A DNA stretch of 64,000 nt from Cetorhinus maximus (lineage: Eukaryota), in assembly GCF_964194155.1 (NCBI RefSeq), contig NC_135886.1, forward strand, positions 9,052,001 through 9,116,000, read 5' to 3'. The notes beneath the pieces were generated by a model. The model saw only the letters and a list, made by a program, of their open reading frames with translations, did no database searches and was not told the origin of the DNA. Below are positions 37,813-50,993 of the stretch, piece after piece. Each line of letters begins with the position of its first letter. Within the stretch, counting starts at the first letter, position 1. Both the position numbers and the translations under genes were made by a program.

Positions 37813-39239
37813 CTACCGAGGTAAAGACAATAGTTTAGAGAAGGAGATTATGCCACAACATTGAGGCAGAAAGGAACTAATCAATGGCTCTCACTAGCAT
37901 GGAAATAAAATGCAGTGAGATCTACTTAATGTTTGTTGGTTAGTGTTTAAAATCAAATTGAACCGTGCACAATAACATGCTTGTGGATGAAGTTTCTCAG
38001 TTGTTTCATGTGGCTTTAAGTCAGGAGAGAAAAGAGGAATCACTAAAGCAGCTAAATGAATATTTTGGGGGACAGGGTAGGGGTAAATGTTAGATCAATT
38101 TTACTGTATTCAATAGGGCAGACTGAAATACATTTTCCAAACTTCATTGCAAAATAAACAATCTTTATGTCTGCATTTTTTTTAAAACCTCAAAAATATA
38201 TGGAAAGGAAAGGTAAGAACAATGCTTTTGGTGTTTTTGAAGTTGAAGAATACTGTATGGATGACTTACGAATTTTTTTTGCATTAAGAATGAGTATTAA
38301 AGGTGCATAACAAAGAGGGTATTTTACCCTCTGTCTCAGTGCATCTCCCACATCAGATACCCTGGTCACATTTTGGGGGAAACTTCTAATGTGTCACAAG
38401 CCACGAGCCATGTTCTGTTACTCTCTCATCCTCTTCTCGCCAAAGTCATTTAGCATTAAGACTCTTACAGCCAGCGTGGTTAGTCTGAGATGGCTAAAAC
38501 CCAGGTTCCAGGGGACAGGGATGTGTGGTAACCTAAAACACCAACCAAATCCCCGGTACATTCAACATGTAATCTACTTCTCAAATGAAAAAGGACAGGT
38601 CCCTCTAAACATAAAAAAAGGGGTGGAACATTGTTCTACACTTAATTACATGAACTGATATAATAGCAGTGTAGCTCCCCCGGCAGTTAAGGTAGAGAGT
38701 AGCTGAGCTTAAATAAGAACAGAAAATTCTGGAAACACTCAGCAAGTCAGGCTGCATCAGGTGAAAGGTCATCAACCTGAAATGTTAACTCTGTTTCTGT
38801 CTCCACAGATGCCGCTAGACATGCTGACTATTTCCAGCATTTTCTGTTTTTATTTCATGTGAGAGCTTACCTGGGCTTGCTGAACCTCCCCCTGCCAGCC
38901 CACACAAATTCAACAGCCATCGGGAAAAGGTGCCAGGGAGTTCCCGACACCAACAAGCCTGCGCTCAAGCAAGGAATCAACTCATTTAGGGGGAATGAGG
39001 AAACAGAGCTGGCACGAGGAGGAAATAAAAGCACAAATGAGAGGATTCTGCAGGGCAATGTAAGTAAAGTTTATATGATGTGATATCTCTCCAGTGATCC
39101 CATTCTGATCATTGCCCAATCACTCAATACACTGAGGCGTATCAGAGGTGTATCAGATTCACACAGACATATGCCATTGATTGAAAATAAAGCCCATTCT
39201 AAACTTCCTGCGAAATCTAAGAAACAGTAAATGCCTCAC

Positions 39240-39349
39240 CTCCCTTTCCTCGCAAATTCGATAGATTTAATAGCGGTGGTGTTACTGGTGCCGGTCGTGA
39301 CTCGGAATGAAGCTACCAGCTCCTGTGTATCAGTCTTTAGAACCAAGAT
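39240..39349 (-). CDS. RBBP5: RBBP5 exon 6
   Basis: ILVLKTDTQELVASFRVTTGTSNTTAIKSIEFARKG, 110 nt. Confidence 0.95.
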
Positions 39350-39469
39350 CTGAAAATACAAGGCACGTTTTAGCATTATCAACAGATGTATGAAAATTGA
39401 GTAACGATGCAGGAGTCAGCACGGTGACAAAGTGTCACGGCTCTCTCTGCTCATTGTACATGAATCACA

Positions 39470-40110
39470 TAAATTTAGTAAGCAGGTACAGCAAGTGGCA
39501 AATGGAATGTTGGTGTTTATTGCAAGAGGAACTGAATATAAAAGTAGGGAAGTTTTACTACAGCTATACAGGGCCTCGGTGAGTATTGCGTGCAGATTTG
39601 GTCCCTTAATTTAAAAAAAAGACTTCCTTTAGAAGGAGTTCAGGGAAGGTTCACTGCACTCGTTCTGGGATGAAGGAATTACCTTATGAAGAAAGGTTGA
39701 ACAGGTTAGGCCTATACCCATTGAAGTTTCGAAGAATGAGAGGTGAACTTATTGAAAGGGCCTGATAGGGTGGACACCCGGAGGGCGTTTCCTTGTGTGG
39801 GGGAGGCTAAAACTAGGGGACATAGTTTAAAAATAAGAGGTCTCCCTTTTAAGGCAGAGATGAGGAGAAACTTTTTCTCCTAAAGGGTTGCTTGTGTGTG
39901 GAATTCTCTTCCCCAGAAAGCAGTGGAGGCTGGGTCTTTGAATTTAGTCAAGGCAGAGTTAGACAGATTTTTGTGAGGCAAGGGAGTCAAGGATTATGGG
40001 AGGCAGATAGGAAAGTGGAGCTGAGACCACAACCAGGTCAGCCATGATCTTACTGTATGGTGGAGCTGACTCAAAGGGCAAATGGCCGACTCATGCTCCT
40101 ATGTTCTCAT
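39470..40110 (+). mobile_element. CR1 LINE 3' fragment
   Basis: KQVQQVANGMLVFIARGTEYKSREVLLQLYR and a CR1 3' UTR ending ctcctatgttc. Confidence 0.8.
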
Positions 40111-40890
40111 GTTGTTGTGGTAGGCAATATCACCAGTGATAAATAGAAAAACTGCAAACACAAGGCATGTCAGCCAACTGTAAAAACAAAAGACGGGACC
40201 AACTCTGTTCTGACAAAAGGTCTAAACCCAAACGCCAAGAGCTTTTCACTTCAGGAGGAGGACATGCCCATTCTCAATAACAGCATCACAACTAGGCTCG
40301 GAGCCTATGGGGTAGGGAAATAAATTTGACAAAACTATCCGGGATTTCCAATCCTGACCGTCACTGGCACATTCTAGGAAATGCACAGGGACAGGATAAG
40401 GATCAAGCCTTCTGAGTGTCTATTTCTCTCTCCAATATTGGTAAATAGGCAGTCATTGTTCACCCTTTCACATCACTGAAGGATACACCTAGGGCACATC
40501 ACTGGAGGACTTCTGGCATCTGTGGAACTGTACCCCAGCCACAAGGAGAGTGGTAAAGGCTCAGCAATGGGGGAAAAAAAAGAGTTGGATTTGATTACAT
40601 CAAAATCCTTAATGGTATGGAGACCACCGTACATCAATAGATACAGCCAGTTGTGACAAAACATTGGATCTTTATGACTTTAGCCCCTATATGCTTTACT
40701 AGGTGACATTGAAGAAAGAGAAAAATAGACCTTTTAAAAAAAAGATTCGTTTATTTAATTAAAAAAAAGATTAAGGTTGGGGAAAATTAACTTTCCCCTT
40801 TACAAATACATTGAGAATCGACACATCTGATCTGCCACCGACAAAACTGGAAAATTGAAGCAAAAGAAAAAACAAGGCTTTAATGCTCAC

Positions 40891-41053
40891 CTTTCCCTTG
40901 GCATTCCCTGTGTAAATATACTCTCCCCGTCGGTCAAAAGATGCCACGACATTAAGATCAGAATCATCATCTACAGGTAGAACTACGTGCTTAGAGTCAG
41001 AGAGAGTTAACAACACCGGAGCACATTTCATTGGGCAGACCAGGACCCTGTTC
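40891..41053 (-). CDS. RBBP5: RBBP5 exon 5
   Basis: NRVLVCPMKCAPVLLTLSDSKHVVLPVDDDSDLNVVASFDRRGEYIYTGNAKGK, 163 nt. Confidence 0.95.
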
Positions 41054-42317
41054 CTGTTGACACAGAGCAAATACAAATAAGTAACAAATACATCAACTAA
41101 GGGCAAGCCCTTCATTATTAAACAGAGCTAACCCATGATTAGCCCTCAGAAACCAAGTAGGAGATACCCAACACACACAAAGCTATTGAAGGTAATGTCA
41201 TATGTATTCATATCATTGGTGTAAGGGATGATTATAAACTACTTTCATTCCAGGAGACCAGTTAACATCTTCAGATATTAAATACCACTTATTGGACAAT
41301 AGGAGCTGGCAATGGTTCTGCTGTTATTTATACCTCCTCTAGAGCCATCTTTTGTATCTTTACATCTCCTTTTTGCCTTGCACCATCATCTCATTTGCTC
41401 CTACCTGGACCCAACCACAGACCTTTCTCACTGTTCTTTCCTCTGCCCCTTTAGCCCTGCCTCTGTATTTGGCAATGAACAATTAAATCTTTAACCTCCT
41501 CTAGTTCTGATCATAGACCTGAAACCTTAACTCTGTTTCTCTCTTCACAGATGCTGCCTGACCTGCTGAGTATTTCCAGCACCTTTTGGTTTCCAAATCT
41601 GATTTTCAGCATCCGCAATATTTTGTTTTTGACCTGCAGTAATTAAGTTTGGCTTCTGCGATTCCTGGCACAAAGTTTCTAATAATGTCGAAGAAGCTGA
41701 ACAGAGGCCAGGCACGTCACTGCTGGGTGACAGTAAGCTCAGAGCAGCAATGGTGGAGGTTCCCACTTACTGTCCTCCATAAAGGAATAGCGTGCAAAAG
41801 AATCAGGAAATAAACTTCCCTTTAAAATATGCAAGGGAACAAAAAAAAAGGAAACCATTGACTTAAAGCTCTCTGTATAATTTGCGTTCATCACTAGTTT
41901 GGCCTGGGGAATGGTGGACTTTCTGATGCTCACTCAGAAGCTAAGGGCTGTTAAACTTCCCAACAATCTATGCCAATAGAGCAACTCAGCCACAAGACAG
42001 CCTTCTAGTGTGCGAAAGGGACACTTCCCATAACTGCCACCCCGTGGTTCAATTTAAGTGCAAATCAGGGTCACGTTGGTCCCATGCCCACCCGAGACTG
42101 GGCTAAGATTGCCCAACCTCATGTCAGGTAGGAAACAGTCCCTTTAAAATTCCTAAGTTTTCACATTTCAGAGAGGAACATAAATAGAAAAATTAGAAAG
42201 GCGTTTCACCCATCTTACTTTCATAGTCCTAAGGAAGTCTTTTGGACCGGAGATCTGAAATTTTCTACTTTCCAGGCAATTTCATTGTAAATCCATCCAA
42301 ACTCTTGAAATACTTAC

Positions 42318-42458
42318 TGATCTCTGGGATGGAACTGCACTTTGAGAACTGGTGAGGGAAAACGGAACCTCTGGTCACAGTCTCCGGACAGAACATCCCA
42401 CAGTGACACGATGTTATCAGTTGAAGCACTGACTAGTTTATGCCCATCTCGACTCCAA
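42318..42458 (-). CDS. RBBP5: RBBP5 exon 4
   Basis: WSRDGHKLVSASTDNIVSLWDVLSGDCDQRFRFPSPVLKVQFHPRD, 141 nt, AG/GT bounded. Confidence 0.95.
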
Positions 42459-42499
42459 CTGTAAAACAGAAGAAAAATAAGCGATTTTTTTTTTTAAAT

Positions 42500-42732
42500 G
42501 TATTCTTCCAGTAAGCATAGCATCGCTGGCTGGGCCAGCATTTGTTGCCCATCCCTAATTGCCCTGGAGAAGGCGGTGGTGAGCTGCCTTCTTGAACCAC
42601 TGCAGTCCAGGTGGTGTAGGTACACCCACAGTGCTGTTAGAGAGGGAGTTCCAGGATTTTGAACCAGCGACAGTAGAGCAACAGCAATATATTTCCAATT
42701 CAGAATGGTGTGGGGCTTGGAGGGCAACTTGC
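42500..42732 (-). mobile_element. HER1-like LINE 3' end next to the RBBP5 exon 4 acceptor
   Basis: Same tail block as the other HER1-like copies. Confidence 0.7.
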
Positions 42733-43339
42733 AAAGTTAATTGTGTAAAATTATCGAGAAGATAACGGACTAACATTTTGTAAGATGTGTAGTTTTCCTT
42801 TATAATTTTAATGTTTGCCATTGGATTCTCATGAATTGTAGTCACAATGAAGAATACCGAAACACTCGCACAAATCTATTAAAATCAATTCTTTGTCAGC
42901 TAAAGGGGAAAGGTCAAAATGAGTGCTTTTGGTTTAATAAATGGAGCCACATGCAACTCTGCCCATAACTAAAGAAACGAACCCAAAGAGAAATGACATT
43001 AAGAGTGCGACAGCCAAGGAGACACATGCATCAAATCTGCTGTGGTAACAAAATTTGATTATTTTTTTTTAAAACTTAAAAAATGTTGCAAATATATAAA
43101 TCAAAACAAAAAGTGTGTTTTCCCTTTTAACAGCAGACAAATCAATGTTTCAAAGTTGCTGAGAATTCCCGCTAAAGGGAAGAGTGGATAATGCAGTAGA
43201 GCTGCTACACTAAGGAGAGGCTCTGCCAAGTGGCAGAGCAAGATTATACACAATCCTGCTGGCTTCTGATATTCAACTTCACTGGTCACAGACCAAGGAT
43301 TTGGGATGAAGGAAGGAGACAAAAGAGGCGATCAGATGT

Positions 43340-43450
43340 CATTCCACTGTAGACCCAAACCTCTTTGGAATACTTACTGATCTAGAGGATGAAACTGACA
43401 TTGAGAACTGATGAGGGAAAACTGGAACGGTGGTGCTGCCCTTCCACTTT
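43340..43450 (-). pseudogene. Decayed partial duplicate of RBBP5 exon 4 (3' half plus donor) inside intron 3
   Basis: gttccagttttccctcatcagttctcaatgtcagtttcatcctctagatca|gtaagtatt aligns by eye to exon 4 gttccgttttccctcaccagttctcaaagtgcagttccatcccagagatca|gtaagtatt. Confidence 0.8.
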
Positions 43451-45376
43451 CTGGTTGGAGGAGAGAAATGCAGATACTCTCAAACAAGTAGCCATGTGGG
43501 AGAACAAATAACAGCTCATCCAAAGGGCAGGGGGGAGGGGGGGAAAATGAGGCGAGGGGCGCTTCTTTGAGCATGTAGCAAATAAGATAGAAAATTGAAG
43601 TCCTTAATACTTCCCATAATCAAGTCCAAATGTGTCATATTCTTAGTGTAAAATTCATGGCACACTGCACTAGTAAGAAACTGAGTTTAAAAATAAGGGA
43701 AGTGTGTGCACTCGTGAGGTATAATCACCAGGGAAGCAGGTGGTTCTATGCATGAATCTCATGGGTCAGCGTTTGGGTCCTGGTTGTTGCTTGTCGACAT
43801 AAAATGACCTTGATGCAAAAAGCAATTGTAGGATCCAGCTGTGGTGTACATCAATTTGGGACTGCAACAGAGCCAAAGGAAGTAGCTCAAGTTTCACAGG
43901 ATAACCTGGATCAGTTGTTGAATGAGGCAGAGAAATGATAAATGAAATTTAAACATTGATGTATGCAGGGTATTGAAGAGTGAACAAGCAGCAAAGGTAT
44001 ACACTCAAGACAACAAATTTCGCATTAAGAGGCTTTGACAGGGAGTGATAGCAGACCCATTACTTACGAGATCAAGACAACGCAAAAGGTGATTTACAAA
44101 GCAAACAGATGCTAGGTGAGCTGGAATCACGCAGCACAAGTGTACAGAGTTCATGATGGTGCTCAGTAATGCATTGGTCAAGCCTCACTTGAAATAGTAA
44201 TGAGCAATTCTGTCACTTCACATCAAAAGGGGCAGATGTGCATTGGAAAATGTGCAGAAACAGTAACATGTCCCAAATATAAATGGTGATGAGCCACAAA
44301 ACAGGCCAGAGAAGGTTACAGAAGAAAGGGAGACCTCACTTAGATATGGAAAGTATTTAACAGTATAGATAGGTGATCATAGAATATTGGATTAAGCTCA
44401 GTCCAAGCCAATAGAATGAGGGGAAATTAACTTAAATTAATCGAAAGTCAATTTTGAAAAACAAATTCTTAACTCACTGGGGGATAAGTGGAATGATCTG
44501 TTTGGTAAGATAGCTTGATGCTAGATTGATTCTTAAGTGTATACTTCATTAATTATTGATGGACGACTGCAACGGGAACTTTGTGTGACAGAATAGAAAA
44601 CATGCGCTATGAAAATGGTTGAACATTGGGGATTTAGATGCAGCTCACTTCTGACTGGGGTTCTGAAACATTAACACCTGAAGGAGAAAAGATAGGTAAT
44701 CGTTCTGCTTTGCATTTCCAGAATTTTGTTTCAGATTTCCAGCATTTCAAGTTTTACCTTTACCAGTGAACACACTACCAGTGATTCTTCCAGAGGCACT
44801 CAAATGTCACCTAGCCTCTACAAAACATGAAACCCAAGGCATGGAATGCATGGCTAGTTACCAGCTTACAAATCAATATGTACATTTCCACTCCCACCAC
44901 TCACCAACAGCAGCAGCACAGACCATGCCCTGATGAAGGCCAGAGTAGGACAACAGTGGGCAAAGTTGGCATGTAGCAGAGCCAAAGGCTGAAAGTTTCT
45001 AACCTTGATTCCCAATTTGTGCAGCTAACCAGTCTCAGCCAAAAACAAAGGAGAATGGGAATTTGGCTATCAGGCCCCTCCCTAACACCTGGGAAATGAA
45101 AAATTGACTCTTTATCTGGAATCTCCCACTGGGAAACATACACTGATAGACAGCTAGCCCTTCCCCACATTCAAACAGCCTGTCAATGCACAGGCTCTAA
45201 ACACATTCACTGGGAGTGATGACCTGAGGATGTAACAGATCACACTTGTGCAACTATACCTCAACATGGAGTCAACACAAATTGGAAGTGGGGAGCTTGC
45301 AAAACATGTTTTTTTTTTAAATATAGAGACACAAGTACATGTACATATACACACACACAAACAGGTAACCAATTAC

Positions 45377-45549
45377 CATAGTGAGCAAACTGGATGGATG
45401 TGTGCGCTGATGATTTTGGCAATACCCCTCGTCAGGAAGTCCCAAATGACGATACGCCCATCGTTGCACCCCACAGCGAGCAGTGTACCCCACCTGTTAA
45501 ACGTACAGGTCAGGGCCATGCTAATACAATCCAGGGTTCCATCCGCCTC
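45377..45549 (-). CDS. RBBP5: RBBP5 exon 3 (WD40)
   Basis: EADGTLDCISMALTCTFNRWGTLLAVGCNDGRIVIWDFLTRGIAKIISAHIHPVCSL, AG/GT bounded, 173 nt. Confidence 0.95.
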
Positions 45550-45599
45550 CTACACAAAAAAAAATTACACTAAATCACATTTCAGAGAACAGCAAGAAC

Positions 45600-46330
45600 T
45601 TGCATTTATATAGTGCCTTCAGTGTAGTAAAACCATTCTGGGGTGCATCAGAGAGCATAGATATTAGGGCAGGTAAACAAAAGCTTGGTCAAAGATGCAG
45701 CTTTTAAGGGGCACCTTAAAAGGAAAAGAGGTAGAGAAGTATAGTGAGGGAATTCCAGAGTTTAGGGCCTAGACTTCCAGTCAGTGAAGGTGCAGAGGAA
45801 CTGAGGATGAGCAGAGTGTCAAAATTGGAGGAATGCAGAGTTCTCAGTGGGTGTAGGGCTAGCAGGGGTTTCTGCATTAGTAAGGGATAAGAGAATGGAG
45901 GGATTTAAAAAAACATGGATGGGAATTATAACACTGAGGTATTGCCAAATCAGGAACCAATGCACATTAGCAAGCATGGAGATTATGTGAGAACAGGGGT
46001 TTGTGCAAGTCAGGATACAGACAGAGGTCAAGGTTGCAGATGGTGTAAGATGGAAAGCTAGCCAGGAGTATTAAAATAGTCAAGTCCAGAGGCAACAAAA
46101 GCACTGATGTGAGGTTCAGCAGCAGATGAGCTAAGGCAGGGACAGAGAAGGGCAACATTACAAAAATAGAATTAGGCCTTGGTGATGGAGAGAATCAAGT
46201 CAAGCAGGATACCAAGGTTACAAACAATCTGGTTCAGTTTCAGACAGTGGCCAGGGACAAGGATGGAATCGAAGGCTAGCAAAGTGGAGTTTATGGCAGG
46301 GGTTGAAGGCCATAACAGATTTGAAGTGTG
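45600..46330 (-). mobile_element. Decayed L2-like LINE fragment
   Basis: Minus-strand peptide VCNLGILLD and purine-rich plus strand, similar to 26030-26380. Old and degraded. Confidence 0.5.
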
Positions 46331-46624
46331 GTGAGTGTAAGATGCTCGGGAGGAACAGGTGACTTTGGACTTATAGTTCCCAAATCTCTCCACTACTGGG
46401 GGTTTTCCTCGCCTTGTGCCTAGTCTGTTGCAGACTTATTGATGGAGATTAACACCCATGAACAGTCAACACCTCCATTATAGTTGTATAATGTGACCAC
46501 CCGGATGGTAGAAGACGAACTAGATGGCTCCTGGTCTGTATTCATCCAACAATTCCTGTGTTAGGGAGGAATATTAGTCAGGAACCACAACCACTTTCCT
46601 TCAAACATTTCTATGGGATCATTT

Positions 46625-47012
46625 TTTTTTATTCTTTCATGGGATGTGGGCGTCACTCTAAATGCCAGCATTTGTTGACCATCCTATATTACCCTTGAAC
46701 TGAATGGCTTGCTAGGCCATTTCAGAGGGCAGTTAAGAGTCAACCACATTGCTGTGGGTCTGTAGACCAGACCAGGCAAGCATGGCAGATTTCTTTCCCA
46801 AAAGGACATCAGTGAACCAGATGGGTTTTTACAACAATCAATAATAGTTCCGTGGTCACCATTACTGAGACTAGCCTTATATTCCAGAGTCATTAATTGA
46901 ATTTAAATTCCACCAGCTGCCATGGTGGGATATGAACCAGTGTCCCCGGAGCATTAGCCTCGGTATCTGGATTACTCATCCAATGACATTATCACTATGC
47001 CACCACCTCCAC
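46625..47012 (-). mobile_element. HE1-like SINE
   Basis: Colinear with 1326-1675. Confidence 0.7.
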
Positions 47013-47449
47013 TTAAACAGGGTGAAGGGTCTCAGATTTTGAATTTATCTGCAATACATCATTCCTAGAAGTCCAGCACTCTTGAACCAGAGCGTCAGTC
47101 CAGGCTATGGTATATATTCAGAGGTTGAACTTTAGCGCTAAGGCTGACTCCTTGATCTGTGCTTACTCTGAGCCATATCATAGGTGATTCTGGGCTTTTC
47201 ATTACCTACAACTAAGAACAGACCTATGCAACTGCCAGCTGAGAGAAGGGTCTTTCATTCCATGACTGGAATCAAACCCATATCCCAGCGATTACAAGCT
47301 AGAGCTGCCGCAACGATATATTAAGACTCATAACTTTTACATTGTTGAAAGTGTAGATTTTGCTGAGATGGTTAACATCTTGATAAATAAAAGGGCTCAA
47401 AGAGAACTTTTAACAGCAATTGCTAAAAACACAAGTGTTTCAAACCTAC

Positions 47450-47475
47450 CTCGGGGTAGTTCTGTCCAAAGGACT
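47450..47475 (-). CDS. RBBP5: RBBP5 exon 2 (SFGQNYPE)
   Basis: cag|AGTCCTTTGGACAGAACTACCCCGAG|gtagg, 26 nt. Confidence 0.93.
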
Positions 47476-48809
47476 CTGTTTAAAATAAGAGATAATGAAA
47501 ACAGATCAATTTAGATACCAGATCTTGAAAATAATTCAAGATTCTTTAACCCTGCCACCGTACACGACAGATATAAATAGTCACATTTCATCTTTTATAG
47601 GATACTTTTCCACTCCCCAACACTAACCTAGCAGTGTCCATAGATTCACAGAGTACAGGAGGAGGCCATTTGTCCCATCATACCTGTGCTTGCTCTTTGT
47701 AGACCCCTGGTTTTTCACCAAGGCCCTGCAAAATTTTTCCTTCGCCAAATTTTTATCCGATTTTCCTTTTTGAGGGTTAGTTACAATTGAATCTGTTCCC
47801 ATGACGATGTGCAAGCCTCCTCAGTTACAACCCACTGGGAGGCAAGCAAGAGGGCTCGAAGAACATATACAGCCTGTGAGCTTCCCTAAGGCAGGGCAGG
47901 CAGGCCGAGGCTGTGAACTCATGTTTTGAGAAATTTAGGATCCTCGCCCTCATTATCCGAGGTAAAACACCTCTTTTCTGGTGCTGGTTTGTGACGTCAC
48001 ACATTCTTATTTAATGCACAGGGGCGTGGGACTAATTCGACGGGTCTTTCAGAGATCTGGCACAAACACAATGGGCTGAATGGTCTTTCTCTGTGCTGCG
48101 TGATTCTGTGTCAAGTTTTGGAGGAGTTCTTTCATCAATTAAAATAACACAAATATTTAAGAACAAGCAAATCAGCAGCTGTGGTGGAGCCCCACACCAC
48201 TTAGAAAATTCTCAAGATCCACAACAGACATCACTTGATACTATTCTCACTCAAGTCTAATTCAAACCTTTCGCACATTACTAATATTTCAAAATATTTA
48301 TTCACAGGACAGGAACATTTCGGGTAAGGTAAAGAATGTATTGTTCATTCTAGTTGCCCCTGAGGTGGTGATGATGAAGCATCTTCTTGAACCATTGCAG
48401 TCTACGTGGTGAAGATCCTCCCAGAATGATGTAGGGAGGTAGTCCCAGGATTTTGACCCATCGACAGTGAAGGAACGGTGATATAGTTCCAAGTCAGGAT
48501 GGTGTGTGGCTCAGAGGGGAAACTCACAGGTGATGATATTCCCAAACATCTTTTTCTTCTAGGTGATAAGAGATCACAGGTTTGAGAGTTGCTGTCAAAG
48601 AAACCTTGGTGAGTTGCTGAACATCTTAGAAATCAAACAGACTGCTTCATTCTGGTGGTGTGGAGCTTCTGAAGTGATGTCGGAGCTGCATTTTCTACAT
48701 TTCAACAGTAACTACACTTCAAAAATATTTAACTGACTGTAAGGCACTTTGGGGCCACCAGAGATCATGAAAGACTCTATAGATACACAAGCCTTTCTTT
48801 TTTTCAGTC

Positions 48810-49680
48810 CCCTATGGCACCCACCCTACATTACCTCCACTCCCCTCACTCTCCATCCACTTCGTCTTCCATCTCCCCCGTCCTTCCCACTCTCCACTAG
48901 AAATCCCGCTCTTTCCCCCTTCTCCTCCCCCTCAGCTCCACACTCCATCCACTCTCTACTCCCCCCTCCACCTCCCCCCTCCATGCCACCCTCCAGCTCC
49001 CCCTCCTACCCCCTCTGCCCCATCCAACCCTCCGCAATCATGTCCTCCCCCTCCATCCCCACTCTTCTCCATTCCCCTAGACCCCATCCTTTGCCCCCTC
49101 TGTCCCCCAAACTTCCCTGTGCTCCTCCCCCTCTCCTTCACTGCCCTGTACCCCCATCCTTCCCCCACCCCCATACTTCCACCCTCTTTCGTTCCCCCGT
49201 CCACCACGCCATCCTACCCCACATCATCACCTCCTCCTGCCCCCACTCCACCTCCTTGCCCCCTCTGCCTCCTTCTTCCAGGTCCCCCCCATCTGCCTCC
49301 TCCTTCCAGGTCCCCCCCCCCCATCCTCCCTCCCCCTCTTTCCCACTCCACCAGCCCCCATCCTGAGGTTATAAAAGGTGCTACAAAAATGCATACCTTT
49401 CTTTTTTTATTCCTCCATGGAACCCACCCTCTCTCCCCCACCTCATTCCCCTCCCTCCTTCTCCCCATCATTCACCTCCCACTCATTCCCCTCTGTCTCA
49501 TTTCCCTCCTCTTCATTCCGCTCCCTCCTTCCCCCCCCCCCCTCCCTCCCTCACTCTCCTCTCCCTCCCCCTCATTCCCCTCCGGCCCTGAATCCTCCCT
49601 CTCCCCCGGACCAAGCACCAGCTCCACTCACCCAGCAGCTCCAGGTTCATCCTCTCTCTCTCCCTCTCTCTCCCTCTGTG
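48810..49680. repeat. C/T-rich low-complexity tract spanning RBBP5 exon 1 and the start of intron 1
   Basis: About 870 bp almost devoid of G on the + strand, with many CCC runs. Confidence 0.9.
49632..49650 (-). CDS. RBBP5: RBBP5 coding exon 1 (MNLELL)
   Basis: ATGAACCTGGAGCTGCTGG|gtgagt, 19 nt, at the edge of the CpG island. Confidence 0.93.
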
Positions 49681-49689
49681 GATTTTCTC

Positions 49690-50420
49690 CGGTGTTTTAT
49701 TTTTTTTAATTTATTTTCTCTCTCCCGGATCCCGGTCAGACACAAGCCGCCGTCCCGATTGCCTCAAATCCCCGGCCCCGGGCCGCCTCCTCCCACTCCT
49801 CCTCCCGGTCCGACAGGAAAATCCGCCGCCGGCCGCTCCGTCCCTTATAAACCGTCCCCGGCGCGGAGAGCGCCGAGCGCGACAGAAGGTTCCGGGTCCC
49901 TCCCCCCCCAACAAACTGCACAGACACAAAGGCAAAACCCTGCAGATGCTGGAAATCTGAAGTAAAAAAAACAGAAAATGCTGGAGATACTCAGCAGGTC
50001 TGGCAGCATCTCGTGGTGGGAGGAACAAGAGTTAAGGCTCCTTTCATCCTGAATGTGAAACCTTTCCTCCTTTTAAGACCCCCTCATAAAAACCTGCCTC
50101 TTTGGTCGGACGATCAGACGATCCCCCGGTTTTTCGTCGAGCGTCCCGGCGCCTGGACGGTTTCGTCACAATTATTGAAGCGTTCCTGTTTTCAGCTCTC
50201 TCCCATCTCCCCCCCCCCCCTGGCGGGAGTGGAATGAGATAAAATTGAACAGCTCCATCCAGGTTTGCGCATGGGCATCCCGGTTTTGCCGCTTCGCCAG
50301 CATTTTTCTGTTTTTATTTCAGATTTCCAGCCTCTGCGGGATTTTGCCCACTTTGCCCGATGCAGCGCGATGTTACATTTCCGGATAAGGCGTGGAAAAC
50401 AGTTCCAGGCGAGGGGGGAG
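49690..50420. promoter_or_regulatory. CpG-island promoter of RBBP5, possibly bidirectional
   Basis: The only CpG-dense region of the window. TTATAA at about 49844-49849, an NRF1-like TGCGCATGGGC at about 50266, directly upstream of the RBBP5 ATG. Confidence 0.7.
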
Positions 50421-50529
50421 GGGGGTGGTGGGGGCAGAAAAACAGGTGGCAGGAAGGTGGGAGAAGTTTGTCCGAGCTGTTTACACCCACAGAGCTTGGT
50501 TTCCTTGCACCGTGGTGGGGAATCAGAAG

Positions 50530-50950
50530 ACCATAAGATGTAGGAGCAGAAATAGGCCATTCAGCCCATCGAGTGTGCTCTGCCATTCAATGAGATCATG
50601 GCTGATCTGTTAATCCTCAACTCCACTTTCCTGCCTTTTCCACATAACCCTTGATTCCCTTACTGATTAAAAATCTTTCTCAGCCTTGAATATATTTAAT
50701 GACCCAGCCTCTTCGGTACAGAATTCCACAGATTCACTACACTCAGAGAAGAAATTCCATCTCATCTCTGTCTTAAATGCCACCCCACCCCCCCCACCCA
50801 CCCACCCCCCGCTACTCCGATTATGCCCTCTGGTCCTAGACTCTCCCATAAGGGAAAACATCCTCTCAGAATCTACCCTGTCAAGCCCGCTAAGAAGCAG
50901 CTTTTGTTTCAATAAGGCCGCCTCTCATTCTTCTAAACTCCAATGAGTAG
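50530..50950 (-). mobile_element. CR1 LINE 3' fragment
   Basis: GLDRVDSERMFSLMGESRTRGH peptide and CR1 tail. Confidence 0.8.
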
Positions 50951-50993
50951 TGATAAAAATGAATAAGGTGCTGCAACCTGAGGAGCTGCGAAG

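Noticed and set aside
48749-49965. Long Pro/Ser-rich ORFs (205, 196 and 195 aa)
   Set aside because: Artefacts of the stop-poor C-rich tract in RBBP5 intron 1 and promoter.
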